Shown here piece after piece: positions 48,897 to 63,000 of a stretch of DNA of 64,000 nt (positions are counted from its first letter, which is position 1; every line of letters begins with the position of its first letter). The position numbers were made by a program, and so were the translations under genes. Source of the DNA: Phoronis australis (Eukaryota; Animalia; Phoronida). The stretch lies in assembly GCA_002633005.1 (NCBI GenBank), contig NMRA01000979.1, forward strand, positions 16,835-80,834, in the 5' to 3' direction. The notes beneath the pieces are model-generated. The model saw nothing but the letters and a program-made list of their open reading frames with translations, was not told where the DNA came from and made no database searches.

Positions 48897-51800
48897 AAAC
48901 TAGGAGTAGACAGTTATCCATGCACACCACAGTGTACCGGAGAATATAATAACCCAAACATATCTTGAGTTCGTACAAAAGTGCAGCATGAAAACGAAAA
49001 AGTCGAGTATGACTTCGAGTATAAAGTAGAGTCTTTCAAAGACACATTTTGGTATTATTTGCGTGAATCGATGTTGTGTGAAATTTTCTTGGCGGCCACG
49101 ATACTGCTCAATCTAACCCGTCCCGAGAAGCCGACTTCAAAACGACTGTCAGTTCTTCTCAAGCTTAAACATCATGTCTTCCGAAGGAAAAATGAGGCTG
49201 ATTTTATAGTGATAGTGACACAAATAAAATTGTTCATTTAAGAATTAAGTCAAATGTCACCAAGACAACTTTTGTGTTCGTAGGCGCAAGAATGTTCAGA
49301 AAAAGTCGTTTGAAATCACGTGCTTTGCTTTAAATACATGACGGAATCTTACGCTGAAGTGAGTGATTGCGAGGCTCTCACGTCAACGGAACACAGGATG
49401 GGTTAAATTTGATTTAATTACTGTTCTATATCTTGTGCTGTTAACACTATTACATGTGCCTCGCGCTCAGCGATCTGGATTTAAGGTCACGACGAAGTTC
49501 AGAAGTTAAGTACTAGTCCTTGGATCCACTGGTCATGTTACAGCCATCTATATAGGCAAGGTCGGGGTTAACCATTAAAAACATGTTTTGCTTGGTAAAT
49601 CACATTAAGGTTGAGAGAACTGGTATAAGTTGTTCCACACTGTTCAGTTGTTTAGGATATACCAGGGTAGTCTCCTTGGGGACAAAAGTTTGAACGCAGC
49701 AATTTCTTGACACAGAATGATTCATTTTCACTACAATTTCTAGTGCACCTTCTACTTCAAAGCAATATTTTCAAATAACTTTGATAACGCGTGGAAGGTG
49801 CATGACATATTAAAACAAAAATTCACCAATCCTTTAAAATTAGTTACGATGGTAACACCGGTAATTTTTTGGTAGAGGTAGATTTTATGTACTTGAAACA
49901 GCAGTAGTACGCTATACCTTAATTCCTAATCTGCCCCACACAAAACAACTGGAAAGAATATTTATATGGACAGCTCGAACAATCCACACACTAAAATCCC
50001 ATGCAAAAACATTTACTGTCACCTAATACTGTGTTCTTACGAAAGGAATTAAAATTATAGGCTTTTCAGACACTACATGTGGATACATGTGTTTCACGTG
50101 CAATATTCAGTCAACTTGGTGCGCTACCATTACGTCACGATTATTTTACGGCCATTAACAAAACTGACTTAACTATAATTGACCCATTTCAAGGCCTGCT
50201 CCTTTGCAAAAAGTCGACAATAAATACGTTTCACCCGGCAACATGTTATTTTAAATGGCGGCTTGGAATCTAAGGTGTGTTAAGAATGCTGCGTTCTGAT
50301 TGGTCAGTTAAGCCGTCAATCACCATCCTAACGACAGGTCACTGTGTAAACTCTTAGGGACACTAGAGGTAGTCCACAGAGAGCCTACTGAAATGCGAAC
50401 TGAGCTAGTCATTCACCGATGTCACTGAATGCTTAACTAAGGCAACGCCACGCCGGATAAATGATGGCCGATCTTAAATGCAGGTTTACTAATTTATCTG
50501 GACCTGCCAGGTGCACTTAGTTTGAATTTTTCTTAAATTATCGGAAGAGACAATTTTGAAAGCAACAGTTAAACAAGTATAGCCGCTATAAGCGTGATGT
50601 AGTGAGATATCTGAGGAGCTTGAAAGGGAAAGTGATATCAAATCTAGTTTTTTCAAATTGTTGATTTGAACCCCCTTTTTAAAAGTCCTGGATCCGCCCC
50701 CCTAAAAGTCAAGGACTTAGCCCTGCATGAGGACAATCTTCCAGCTAATACCAAGGAAACATTACCACAATGTAATGTCTTCGTGTTATTACCCACTCAC
50801 GCTGTTTAGGTTCAGTCGGATGTCTTGTTCCATAAGATACTCTTATCTTTACGACAACAGCTTTCAATCTTTTGAAAATCGTTTTATTTAAACATCAAAA
50901 AATTCTGCAAGTCAAATAAAAAGTTAATTAGAGCTGGTCGTTATCCACTGTAGCGCAATGGGATATCTTGCTGCCATGCAACTAATGCCCGGCATGGTCG
51001 TGGCACATTTTGTAAAAAAGATTAATCTGTATTTTAGAGTTCTTCCAGTAAAAATTTTTGTAGGACTTCGGGGGGTAAAATTGAATGGATCGGTTTGAGC
51101 ACCAATCAACAAGCACCGATCACCATCCGGGCTGCCGGTCCCAGGCCACCTCGGCCTCGGGAACAGAAAGTAGTCATTCTTCTAATTTCCGTATGTGAAT
51201 AATACAGGAAATGGAATGCTTGCACGGTAAGTAGTTATATAAGGCTAGTTTAGGACAGGAGATGCCTGATTTTTGGTTTTAGGAAGCTGAAAAGGACGGA
51301 ATGCAGCAGCAGTTCAAAGTTATTTAATAATCAAATTTTAAATTGTTTGTTGGTTTACGTAGAGGCTGCAGTGTTTACATAGCATCAGATCAGATCAGAC
51401 GTCTGATCTGAATTTTTTTGGCACGATCCCGAGTTTGTCGGCATATCTCTTCGAGAAGGCTAAATATTTGTTTCCTTGTTCGCCAATGATAGTCGCACGT
51501 GCCTAAACGAACCATACAACACGTATGCGTTACGCATATTTTTGTTGTAGCAACTACTTGTGAGACGAAAAATAGTACAGTGACGTATCTAATGTGTAAG
51601 GGGTCTCGACTGAGGAAAATTCCCACATAAGCACAAAAAAACAATGAAGTCGTGGAGTTTATGTTTTGGTTGTGTTCATTAACTGGTTTCCTAAGTCCAG
51701 GGGTGTCTTGCGTGTCTTCATATTAAACTGTGCTGTAATCCGCTGAGGACAACACTGGAGATACAAGTTATGATATCTAGCACTATATTTTTCTACATGC

Positions 51801-53986
51801 GTTCAACTAAACGATCAGGCATGTGTTCTTCAACTTCATCTCCTTTGTCAGACGATAACTGAATTGTTTGGCACCCATATACCGTTCACAACCAAATGGC
51901 TGTCGTTCAACTTCGTTTTTGGTTCTGTCAGGGATATGCATTTAGTTGAGTTTTGAATTCAGTGAATCATTAGCAAAACAATCGTAACCCAACGTTTTAA
52001 AAATCTGAGCGATTACGCTATAGGCTAAGTCTCATCTTGTTGTATATAATGTTAGCGTCATCGCAATTGTTTGCATTCTCTAGACCAGGAGCTGAATGCT
52101 TTGAAAGAAACAATATACAGGTAAGGTACCAATGGGAAACCTATAACCACCGCAGGCCACAACACAGGCATACAGACCAAAGACCTAGGTCAACCAGGCA
52201 AACGATTAACGTGTTCATTACCAACTTTCACTTAGCGTTTTTCGATTCGGCAATACCCGTTCTTCTCAAAATGCAAATCTTTTGTTTTCGAATGTCCAAA
52301 AGTTCTTGAATATTATATATTATGAATCATTAAAGACCTATAAGAATAAGATTAATTGTCCATGCTGCACTGTAAGTACATGTGCGCCCAAGCAGTCGTG
52401 TATGAGTGATTCGATTTCATTAAAACGTTATTCTAAAGCACTCTCAATGGAGTCCATCATAAGATGACAGAGACATCTATTGGTGACACCACCAAAAGAG
52501 GGTTAAAAGGAACAGGAAAGAAATGATCCAAACAAATACTTTGAGTTCAGGGCTGGTGCTTATGATATCGACAACAGCAGCTGCTTTGTCTCCCCCAACA
52601 AAATTGGACATGAACAACAAAGGCAACCTTGTTTATTATTTCGTTATAAATAACTCATGCATTCCAAAAATCACACATTTACAAGTACATGTAGGTACAC
52701 AAGACGGGTAATTGATTAAACAATGGAGAAGCCTATACCGGCAGCTGTGTTATACTCAAATGGACCATGAATAAATACGCCCCTCAGAGAAGCTATCTTT
52801 CCACAGTTTGGATGCTTATCGCTCACGCCAATGTCCCGCCTTGTGAACCCGACACTTGTGTTGTTATGAGAATTTTTCGTGTCCTACAGAAAATTTTCTC
52901 TTAGTAACGAAAGTCATCACTGTAACAACTCGCAGGTGCGCGAGAGTTGGCAAATCGTGCGTTTCTCTTAACTTTGAAAGCAAATACCATGTCATGTGAT
53001 TGCAAACACATCGTGAAAAATCTTAACAAAAGGTTTCGTGCTCAATTCTAATACCAAATAAAAGCTGAATGATAGACATCTACATTTACTGCCACCAGGT
53101 GGCCTGACTGATCGGTTTCCTACAAATCTCTAACGCCAAAATAGGACACTGTTCAACACTTCATCGCATCATTCCAAATTAAAAGCATTCACATTTTTAG
53201 CGACCAGTATGCATGAAGCAAAGTCAATCAAAATATACAAAATATTTTACGCAAGGAATGTGTTACATATAATGTAAGCTCAGGGTTAGTACAGTGTATG
53301 CTTAATTTAGCGCATTCATTGATACGCGTATGAAACCTACAAGCTGTGGACACAGATGTGATAACAATTTTCAAAGCGAATACCCTGCAAAAATGAAACA
53401 GAACAAGAAACCTGTAACCGTGAGTGATCTTCGTTTACAATCAAGCTGATTAAAATAAATTCTTGCATATATGACATAGTACGATATGATATTCTAAGGC
53501 ATTTAATTATTGTAGTGACTAACATATTTTCTAGATACAATTGATAGAAGAACCCAATTCGAATGGTCTAATGACGTCACTTTGACTATATTCCTCACAA
53601 TAAAGACGTACATGAAGGATTAGGAGGCGTCATTATAAATTGAAAAAATAATTCAACTTACTTTTTAAATTCTTTTGAATATTATCGAAGTAATTTTCAG
53701 AATAACCGCACAATACCAGTTTTATATTTAAAAGCATTATCCAAAAACCTTCCACCCAAATTTAACTAGTAAGTCATCCGTACAAGGTTCATGTAAAACA
53801 CACAGGCATTCTTTGTTTCAGCTAGGCTGACTGTTTTGCACGGTCATCCTTCCACTTTTGTAATCGACTGGGAGACCGCTGATGCAACTTTCATAGACTG
53901 AATCCCGCCGCACTTCTGAGGCATGAAGCGAGATTAACAAACAGACACATGTGTGATTGTCTTCTTGCTGTAGGATAAGTTTTAAA

Positions 53987-54061
53987 TTACTGAAAGTTCG
54001 CGTAAGTTTCAAAGGACTCCAAAAATCGCTGAGCCATCAAGTAAAGGGACTTGTACTGTTC
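53987..54061 (-). CDS. Gene B terminal exon ([24 protein letters not shown])
   Basis: ttttttcag acceptor, EQY motif, TAA stop. Confidence 0.9.
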   Translation of the reverse strand, partial: EQYKSLYLMAQRFLESFETYANFQ

Positions 54062-57000
54062 CTGAAAAAAGTTCGAAGATAAAAAATGACGAAGCCACGT
54101 TCATACCTCCAGTAAGAATGCCCAATTCAAACAAGTGCCCGAATTGTCTGCACCCCAATCACTGGCTTCAACACATAGTAAACTGACTTACTTTTGCCAA
54201 TCGGTCGAAAGCGAAGCGAGCAATTGACAAATTTGAGAAACATGCGACAGTTGAGTCGACCAATAATAATCGAATGGTAATCGAAAACTATCGAGGTTGA
54301 AGCCCATGCAACTTTGGAGATGTCCCGTCGCCATCATAATATCGCCAATTTTAATGCCAACTGTGGTGATCCAGCTGACACCAGTCAATAGAATCCCACA
54401 AAATGACGCTGATGGCGACAGTTTACTATACATAGAGTGTCAATGTTTGACTTGGAAGAGCGCCAATACACCAATTGCCGCAATTCAATCAGATTTAGCG
54501 TATTCGAGGCAAGAGATCAAATGGATAACTACATGTACAGCTGTACGCCTACAGGTCTATCAAAAACAGTAAGTCTTTGGTAGTAGCAGAAATATTTGCA
54601 CATGCATCCTGCACTTTAATATACGCATACTGTCACTACACTGCGGGAAGGATTTTATGGAAAAAAGCAGCGCTTAATTTGAAATTCGTACTTACAATGT
54701 CGGGCACGAACTCTGGTCTGTTCGACCTCGCACTCTTTACGGTTTGGAAGACATCGACGCCTTGTTCTACTTTGATCTTATCGAACAGATTCGCCATGGA
54801 GCAAAAGAAACCGCTGCGCATGCAACCGTCCCTGCACACAGGAAAAACAATCAAACACAGGCAATAGATAAGTTACAAACTCATTCTAAACAAACAGCGC
54901 CCCGCACTTGGTAGGGTGCTGCACGGCAATAGCGGATTTGCAGCGACGCCATATTGAAATTAGGTTAAAATGGTGCATTGTGGGTGCTGTGGTCAGGATT
55001 CCGAAAGCGGCCATAGTAACAAGCATAATACGCGGTATGAGCGCGAAGAAAACTTACGGCGGATACACTTGTGTTCCTGGCTGCTTCAAAAACAACAAGA
55101 CAGATAAAAATCTGAGTTTNNNNNNNNNNNNNNNNNNNNNNNNNNNNNNNNNNNNNNNNNNNNNNNNNNNNNNNNNNNNNNNNNNNNNNNNNNNNNNNNN
55201 NNNNNNNNNNNNNNNNNNNNNNNNNNNNNNNNNNNNNNNNNNNNNNNNNNNNNNNNNNNNNNNNNNNNNNNNNNNNNNNNNNNNNNNNNNNNNNNNNNNN
55301 NNNNNNNNNNNNNNNNNNNNNNNNNNNNNNNNNNNNNNNNNNNNNNNNNNNNNNNNNNNNNNNNNNNNNNNNNNNNNNNNNNNNNNNNNNNNNNNNNNNN
55401 NNNNNNNNNNNNNNNNNNNNNNNNNNNNNNNNNNNNNNNNNNNNNNNNNNNNNNNNNNNNNNNNNNNNNNNNNNNNNNNNNNNNNNNNNNNNNNNNNNNN
55501 NNNNNNNNNNNNNNNNNNNNNNNNNNNNNNNNNNNNNNNNNNNNNNNNNNNNNNNNNNNNNNNNNNNNNNNNNNNNNNNNNNNNNNNNNNNNNNNNNNNN
55601 NNNNNNNNNNNNATGGCACCCGGTAACTGAGAGAAACTCGAGCAAACCGCGACAGATTTTCATCGATTTGTTCAAGTTTTGCTGACTAAATTGTATCCAG
55701 AGTCGTGGTATGTGTTAATTATAACTCCGTGTTCCTACATGTATGGTTCATTTGATTTTATTTGCTGTATTTTGAAATGAGTAACTTTTTGTGAGGATGT
55801 ACTATTTCCCCTGAATGCCTGCGGCATCCAGTGCGATGTAATTCAGTGCCTAGGGGCCATCGTGTGTGCAGCGAACATTTTCCTGGTGGAAAAAAGACGT
55901 ATGAGAACAACATTCCGACGGAGTTTCCTCTTAAAATGAACGTCTCTAGCATATCCACAGCGAAAGCAAAGTTAAGCAACCCATACACACGAGGTCAGGT
56001 ACCTGTAGCTATTTGGGAAACTTTAGTCGAGAAATCCTTACCAGTAGACTCATTACCAGAGAATGCATAGCTGAAAGACTTTTCCTACCATCAATAAACT
56101 ATCTTTCTGCCAAGGTTAGGTCTAAATGGGTACAGTGTACTGCTATAGAATATATTTTCTATGGAGCGAACACAACCGAAAAGAGCATGGAATATTGGTT
56201 AGCCTAAAGTGGTTAACTCACAGACAATGCACGGTGACTGGCTTGGATTCAGTTTTCCGTTGCCTGTTCTGTACTAGGTCGTAGAGCTCTATCAATGCAG
56301 GCTGAGTGGCAGAAGGTGGTATCTTTTGATTCTTCGGCCAATTGGTGAGTTCAAAATGCTTAATTTGACGAGGTGGACTGTTTGTCTGAAATAATCACAT
56401 CTTACGTTCATGTAAGCATAAAATAGTTCTGCAGAGGCATACAAGGGGACATGCACTGTAGGTTTACTTTGGAACTTTCCCAGAAGAATCTAATTACTAT
56501 GTGAGTGTGGGTAATGTTGAATACCAAGAGAATGGCACTTAATTTTACAAAAAAATACTTTTGGCAATTCCATCAATCTATCAAATACTCCTTACAAAAA
56601 GGAATCGATATGGACAAAAATTAACGTATGTATGGTTAATTAATTTGTTCTTCAAGTGGGTTTAGTGACGTTAATGAAAAACAGTATGCCCGATAACTAA
56701 AGTTTTTCAACTTCTAGTAGAATTCTAAATAATTTAGTTTAAACATGGCGTCCTTATTTGCACAACGAATGTTATAACCGGAACAGCTGGCTTCGTGGAG
56801 AGCATGGGCTATAACCATTTCTTCAAGATGGGTTAAGTATCTCATTGCATAGAAGTTTCTGTACTTAAAGTACTATCAGCTGACAGCTTCTATGGCAACC
56901 CATTGATCAAGGAATTCTTAGAAAAAAACATGAAGGGTGTAAAGGAAGCTCTCCGTGAGCAAATTGAGAGTACCTCTTTATATAAAAAGGCGACTTAACA

Positions 57001-60000
57001 TCCGATTTTCACACGTACGGGATGGTGTTCTGACGTCAGTGCCGCGCCGTCTGGTCAAAACGCCACCCATTGGCCAGAATAACGATAACGTCACAAGCCA
57101 AGCTGAAGTCCATGAGATGCAGACGCAACGTCGCAAATTTTTGTAAGTTTTTAATCCAATATTAGACTCAAATTTTATCAAGGAGTCCATACCTTCTTTG
57201 TATCAACGATGTTAAAAGTTCGGTGAATTATAAGCTCGTTATGCTCGAACCTTTTAGCCGCAGTCTCAATTCTGAAGTGTCCATGTTTAACCGCGCCCTC
57301 TTCAGCCCAGTAACGTGCGCAAGTCTACAACGTAAAATAGAGCATGTGCGCGTGATCATATTCCCATGTTGTTGAAGGGGATCTAGGTCAATAGCTCAAA
57401 TGACCGACAGATCAAAAAATTGGGCCTTTGGACTAAAAATATGTTCGTTGAATTATCATTTTCATATCACTTGTTCGAAGTACATAAATCAAAGGATTTT
57501 GGGTACAAAGGGACCATAGTCCAATACAGACATGTAACAGGAGTGCCCTGAACATGATTATGTAAGTAAGATATATGCGCCCTCTAGTGGTCAAGCTGTG
57601 TATTACGTATGGAATTTTCCTATGATGTTGAGTCCTTTGGACATGGCCAAATATGGTCAGAGCCTAGGAGCTATGGGTCTCGCCCTTCAGATCGTGTCTG
57701 ATTGGTTGAAATTGTGTACTTAAGCTTTGTCTCTGTCAGACACGAGGAGTCCAGTCGCAGAGTTCAAGAAGCAAACATGTACACCTTCACTCACAACAAA
57801 TTGCAACTGTTTGTGCAGCTTTCGGGCTCCTCCCGAACTTGGTTGCCAACAGTTTAGCCCCATGCAATTCTCGGGCTCCTCCCGAGCTTGATTGCATCTC
57901 ACCTTTCGGATCTGAATAACCAAATTGCCCCGTTCTTGCACACACAACTATTAATCAGCGACTGGCTTGCCCGTGTATGAGAACTGTATAAATCACAACG
58001 CTGCGATACTAAGTTATGGAACAACTGGATTGCTTGTGAGTGTGGAATATTGTAGTTATATATTCTTACAATAAACCTATGTATTATTCACCAACTTTTA
58101 GTTTTCAACATCACCCTCAGTCCGCACCGGGCTCGTAAAATCGGGGCGCCTTGGTCGTAGATACCGCCCCCGTTACACAGACATAGACATTCGCAATTTA
58201 GAAACTAAAATCTCGTGAAGTAATTGACAACCTTGGACAAACTTGAACCGAAACCAGGACACAAAAACATCAGCAGAACTGATATAACAAATACAATACA
58301 CATCAGAACGTATTTACCTTGTCACCATCTGCACTAGCGTTCAACATCACAATGGTGCTACTGTCGTGATCGTAAATCATTCGCCAGAAATCGAGGACAG
58401 TGTTCGGCAAAGGCATCTGTGTTACTATGAACGCGTCGCGATGTTGAAAGCCCTGTAACATTTGACTATTTAACACAACATCGAATTCTTTTCATGTATC
58501 AACATGGTTACAATTCACAGCAAAACAATGATGACAATGTTACCTTGAAAATACACTTTGTAATTTGAAGCATATGATACCCACACAACTGCAGCAAGTT
58601 CTATCATCAAGCTTCAGATAGCATTGACGTAAACACGCACACCATCACCTAAAAATTACTCTATTATATCGCTCGACTCACCACATGCCAATCAAGTTCA
58701 GAACTGACTTAAGTTTTGTCGCATAAGCTAAACGTTAGTGTTGTATTGATCGATGACGACCACACTTAAGCCCTGTTACTTACGTTGATGAAGACGGCGT
58801 TGATATAATCTGTTCCGCCTTCTTCACCAGGGGTCATTAAGTATGGACGTGCACGACTCACTGCGGAGAATTGTTGCAATATCAATTAAAATATTGACGG
58901 AAACCAGGAAGAAAATCAATGGGACGAATACAACAAATTACATGTTTGACTGAGTTTTACATTCCTTTGGAATGATACAGAAATGAGAATATGTTACAAT
59001 GGATAGCAGATCAACAAAATATTTATCTCGACATATTGCATAGGAACACCTTACGAGGCAAGATCTTGGGGAAGCGATTCTTGTTTGTATTCTGTGGAAG
59101 TCTTCCTGCGCCGTATTCTTCTGGGTCACATGGAGGGCAGAGACGCCGAAGGGTCTGAAAACGAAACCAAAAGCCTTCAACCTCTATAAAAATTTACAAC
59201 AGTTGATCATCATACCTGTTTTAGTGATCAAAGCAAAAAATGGTGACGTGCAAGACAGAAGTCCCAATTTTCCTCCATAAAACTAATTCTACATACTTGA
59301 GAAAGACTATAATTTCAGAACACACTTGTTAGTGCAGTATAGTAGTTGAGGACACACATGTCAACCAATACAGGAATTACGCATTTGCTACACAATTTTG
59401 TCTTTTCTGTATTGGTACGGCGTAGCGCCAAAATGATACGTACGGTGATTAATACGCAAACCTTTCGCTTTGGCTTTTACTAAACACGTAACACGTCTGT
59501 TAATAAGTACTGTATTTAGAGTTTTATTGGTAACCTCTTTTTTCGAAATAATCTCATATAACGAGATTTGCTCGATAGGCCCAAATGAGTTACGAAGGAG
59601 TGAAAAGGAACGCTCACAGTTACTACATGTAAGAGCTTCTAACAGGTAAGTAAGTACATGCAATGCATTTTGACAGTTGACACTATTTTGGCTCGTTTTC
59701 GTCAGTTCTGTGTTTTGCGTGATTTTTTTTTACAGAAGCGCTATTGTTAGAGCATAAAATTGTTGGCATGTACGTGAGAGATAAAATTATATTTTTCTGA
59801 CTTTTTCCAGTGCGGACACTGAACCTCCCGTTGCTTAAACCAGTACTTGTCATTCAAGGAATCCAACGATGCTGGTGAAAAGAACCTTACCTGGAACTCC
59901 TCTTGTAGAGTGTTTACCCTTTTGGTTTGCTCCTCTGTGAACAGCTCGGAAAGAGCGTTCTCGTAATCTTTTGATGGAATGAACGTGTCCCCGCCGTAAA

Positions 60001-63000
60001 TATTTTCAACCATGGCAACATGGATGAATTCGTACTGACTCTGAAAAAATGTGAGTCCAAAAACGGTTATATAGATTCTGTAACTTCAAGGTTATGCACC
60101 AGGATTAAAAATTGGATAACAAATGAGTACGCACAATTCAAAACCTCGAGTATGGCTCGAGGTTTTTGAGATATTACTGATCGATAAATTGCCAAATGGT
60201 CCTTACTGGAAAGTGACCGTGTAGCAATTGAAATGTTGAATTACGATAGAAAATTGTACCTAACACACAGTCATCCATATTTAAGTTGCATATTCAGGCA
60301 TGTGTGAGAAAGGCAGAGGCAAAACGACGACTCTGTCCCGCGGATTTCACTATAAGAAACGAAATGCCCTGGTGTTCCCAACTCCAGCAAACTGATCATG
60401 AACATGTATATAATCATATATCGTCTTCAACTAGTATAAAGCGTTATAATTTGATTAGGGGTTGGTCAGCCCTTAATGATGACCTTTTGACATTATTTCA
60501 CTTGCGCGGACCCGAAATGATTGACTTGGCGTAAACTCTTTTGCTACAACTATCCAACGTTTGAAACATATTTTGCTTGACTGACTATTAAGGATAAACA
60601 TTTACCTTCAAGGAGCGTGGATTACGGAACTTTTTCAACTCCCTTTTGCTTAAGGTGCTGAAACTCACCCATTTCATATTAAAACACCAAAAACAGCCCC
60701 ACCTGTTCATCAGCTGTCAAACTTGAACACCCGCAAGGACCATCTCGCGATATGCAAATTAGCTGATTTCGAGTTATGAGCATTTATTGGTCGATGACTG
60801 CAACGTATAATCGGGATTACCAATGCCACATTAGTCATCTTTCGTTGTTTTCAGTGAAACAAGCGGTCAGATATTGCTTTTCGTATTACGGTATAGTAAA
60901 TAATGATGAGATGCTTCGTTTGTTGTGGTTGTGACGACACAGTATTTGAGAATGCTGTTGCTGTTATAAATTTCGCGCGAGACACACAGTTGTACATGAC
61001 AAAGTAGCGCAGAATACGCTCGTATGTAACACTCACGTCTATGGAGCCAAGAAACTTTCAATTAAAATCGCCTTTCGTCTTTTCTCTCGTTCTTATAATA
61101 TGCAGTGTAATAAGGGAGTTGGTGGTGACAATATAGTCAGGTATCAAGCCATTTTACGTCATTGTTACTTTTATGAAACCAACGTCATATTATAAAGAAA
61201 ATGAACAAAATCATGAATAAGTGCTATTGGACATGGCCAGGGAGTACTCGAGTATTTTTGGTGGAGGTGTGCCGCTAGAAAAATCTGAATACCTACCCGT
61301 TTAGAGAGTGGGCTTGGACAAAAAAGTGACTGATTTAGAGACTAATTTTGTGTAAAAATTCACATTTCGCACATTTCTGTTCCAGAAATTCAGAAAAGGC
61401 ACACTTGGTAGATTTTACGAAATTGTCACATTTTACAACGTATCAGCGCACAATTGTACAAGAAACTCGCGTGCTGTTGATCGTGACGTAACACTTATGT
61501 CCCTGGATCCAAGGAACTTTCAATTAAAGTCGCTTTTCTTCTTTATCACGTCTTTATGACATGCAGTCTTTTAAGGGAATTCGTGCTGACCATATAGTCA
61601 CTTATCAAACCAAGGTAACTGTTGGTTGTAAGAACTTTAAAACTACCTTAAGATTGAGCAACGTCAGATTCACACCCACAGTGCCAATTGAGCGTACAAT
61701 GTTAATGACATACCCAGGTCTGCACCATATTAACTCTCTGTTGTCGCAGCAAATACAGTTGTCCTAGAATGTCGACGACATTCTCAGCTTGTATCTGTTC
61801 ACTTAATATGTCCATCATGATGAACGTACCAGTCCTGCCTACGCCAGCACTTAAAGTAAACACGATAGTATGTTGTGTTGGACATAATCACTGACTTGAA
61901 ATGTGGTCAAACCGACAATATTAGCTTCAAACACGGTCATTACTAATGGACATACTAAAATAACTTAGAAGCTGCCATAAACTGTCGCTTACCAAATTCA
62001 ATGTAGTTCGAAGTCAGCCTTGTTACCATATAGGCAGTGAACCATAGAAAGTTCTAGATAATCGCAACAAAAAAAAAAAAAAAAAAAAAAAAAAAAACAC
62101 ATTCCCAGATTAGTACCCAAGTGGCTGCGACTTATTTTAGAAGTCTTACAACATCGTGTTTGACAGCTTCCAAGTTTCATTTCGTTACTCCAGAATTATT
62201 CGATAATCAAACAAGGTGCTCTTTAAGCGCTTCACATGGGTCGTTAGCCGTCATGACTGTGTAACTGAGTTCAACATGAATAATGAAACACTTCCTCAAA
62301 CCTGCAGTGAACGACCGTTGGGCGTTTGTCTCCGTCACGACTCATACGTCCCTTGACCATGCGGTAGAACTTCCACGGAGCTGAACTCTTCGGCACATCG
62401 TGATCCGCCCAAGATGTGAAGTGATAGTGGACTAATTCCCTAGCTTGGTTTTGTTTTGGCTGTTGGAAACACAGAGACAGATGGAATGTCGGAAGTGTGG
62501 CGAGTACTACATTGAGAACCGTAAAATAGTGGGATATACAACTACATGTATAAATGTAAACTTTCCTGGGATAGTCTGTGCCAGATTTCGTGAGGTTGGG
62601 CAACCAACCAGTAGAATCACTTGATGTGATGAGGACAGTTTGTGTGGATGTAAGAAACATGGCATAAGCAAACATGTAAATACACAGGTATAGGTTTGAC
62701 GCAGCAAGAAACGAGCGAAATAGACTTACAGTGGTTACCTTGAGCACTTCAAAAGTTCTTGCAACATAATCGGGTTTTGTCTCTTTGCCAGTCAACGTGA
62801 CGTTGATGTCGCCGTATCTTTCTACTTCGTGGGAGTCTGGCCAATACACTTCACATTTTCTCTTAAAATGAATGAGATAGCTAAGTGAGTTTAGAGAGCA
62901 ACAGGAAGGAGTAACATGTAGACCAAAGAGCTCATCTGCAGATTCCGCTTTCAATTTTGCATTTTACTGATTAATCGACGTTAGGTGACTTGAAGCAATA

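Noticed and set aside
53337-53395. Alternative terminal exon for gene B (GIRFENCYHICVHSL*)
   Set aside because: 53987-54061 has the expected EQY motif and YANF tail; this segment is probably 3' UTR
54908-55675. Long ORFs in both directions
   Set aside because: Mostly N-gap; only the THAP fragment is meaningful
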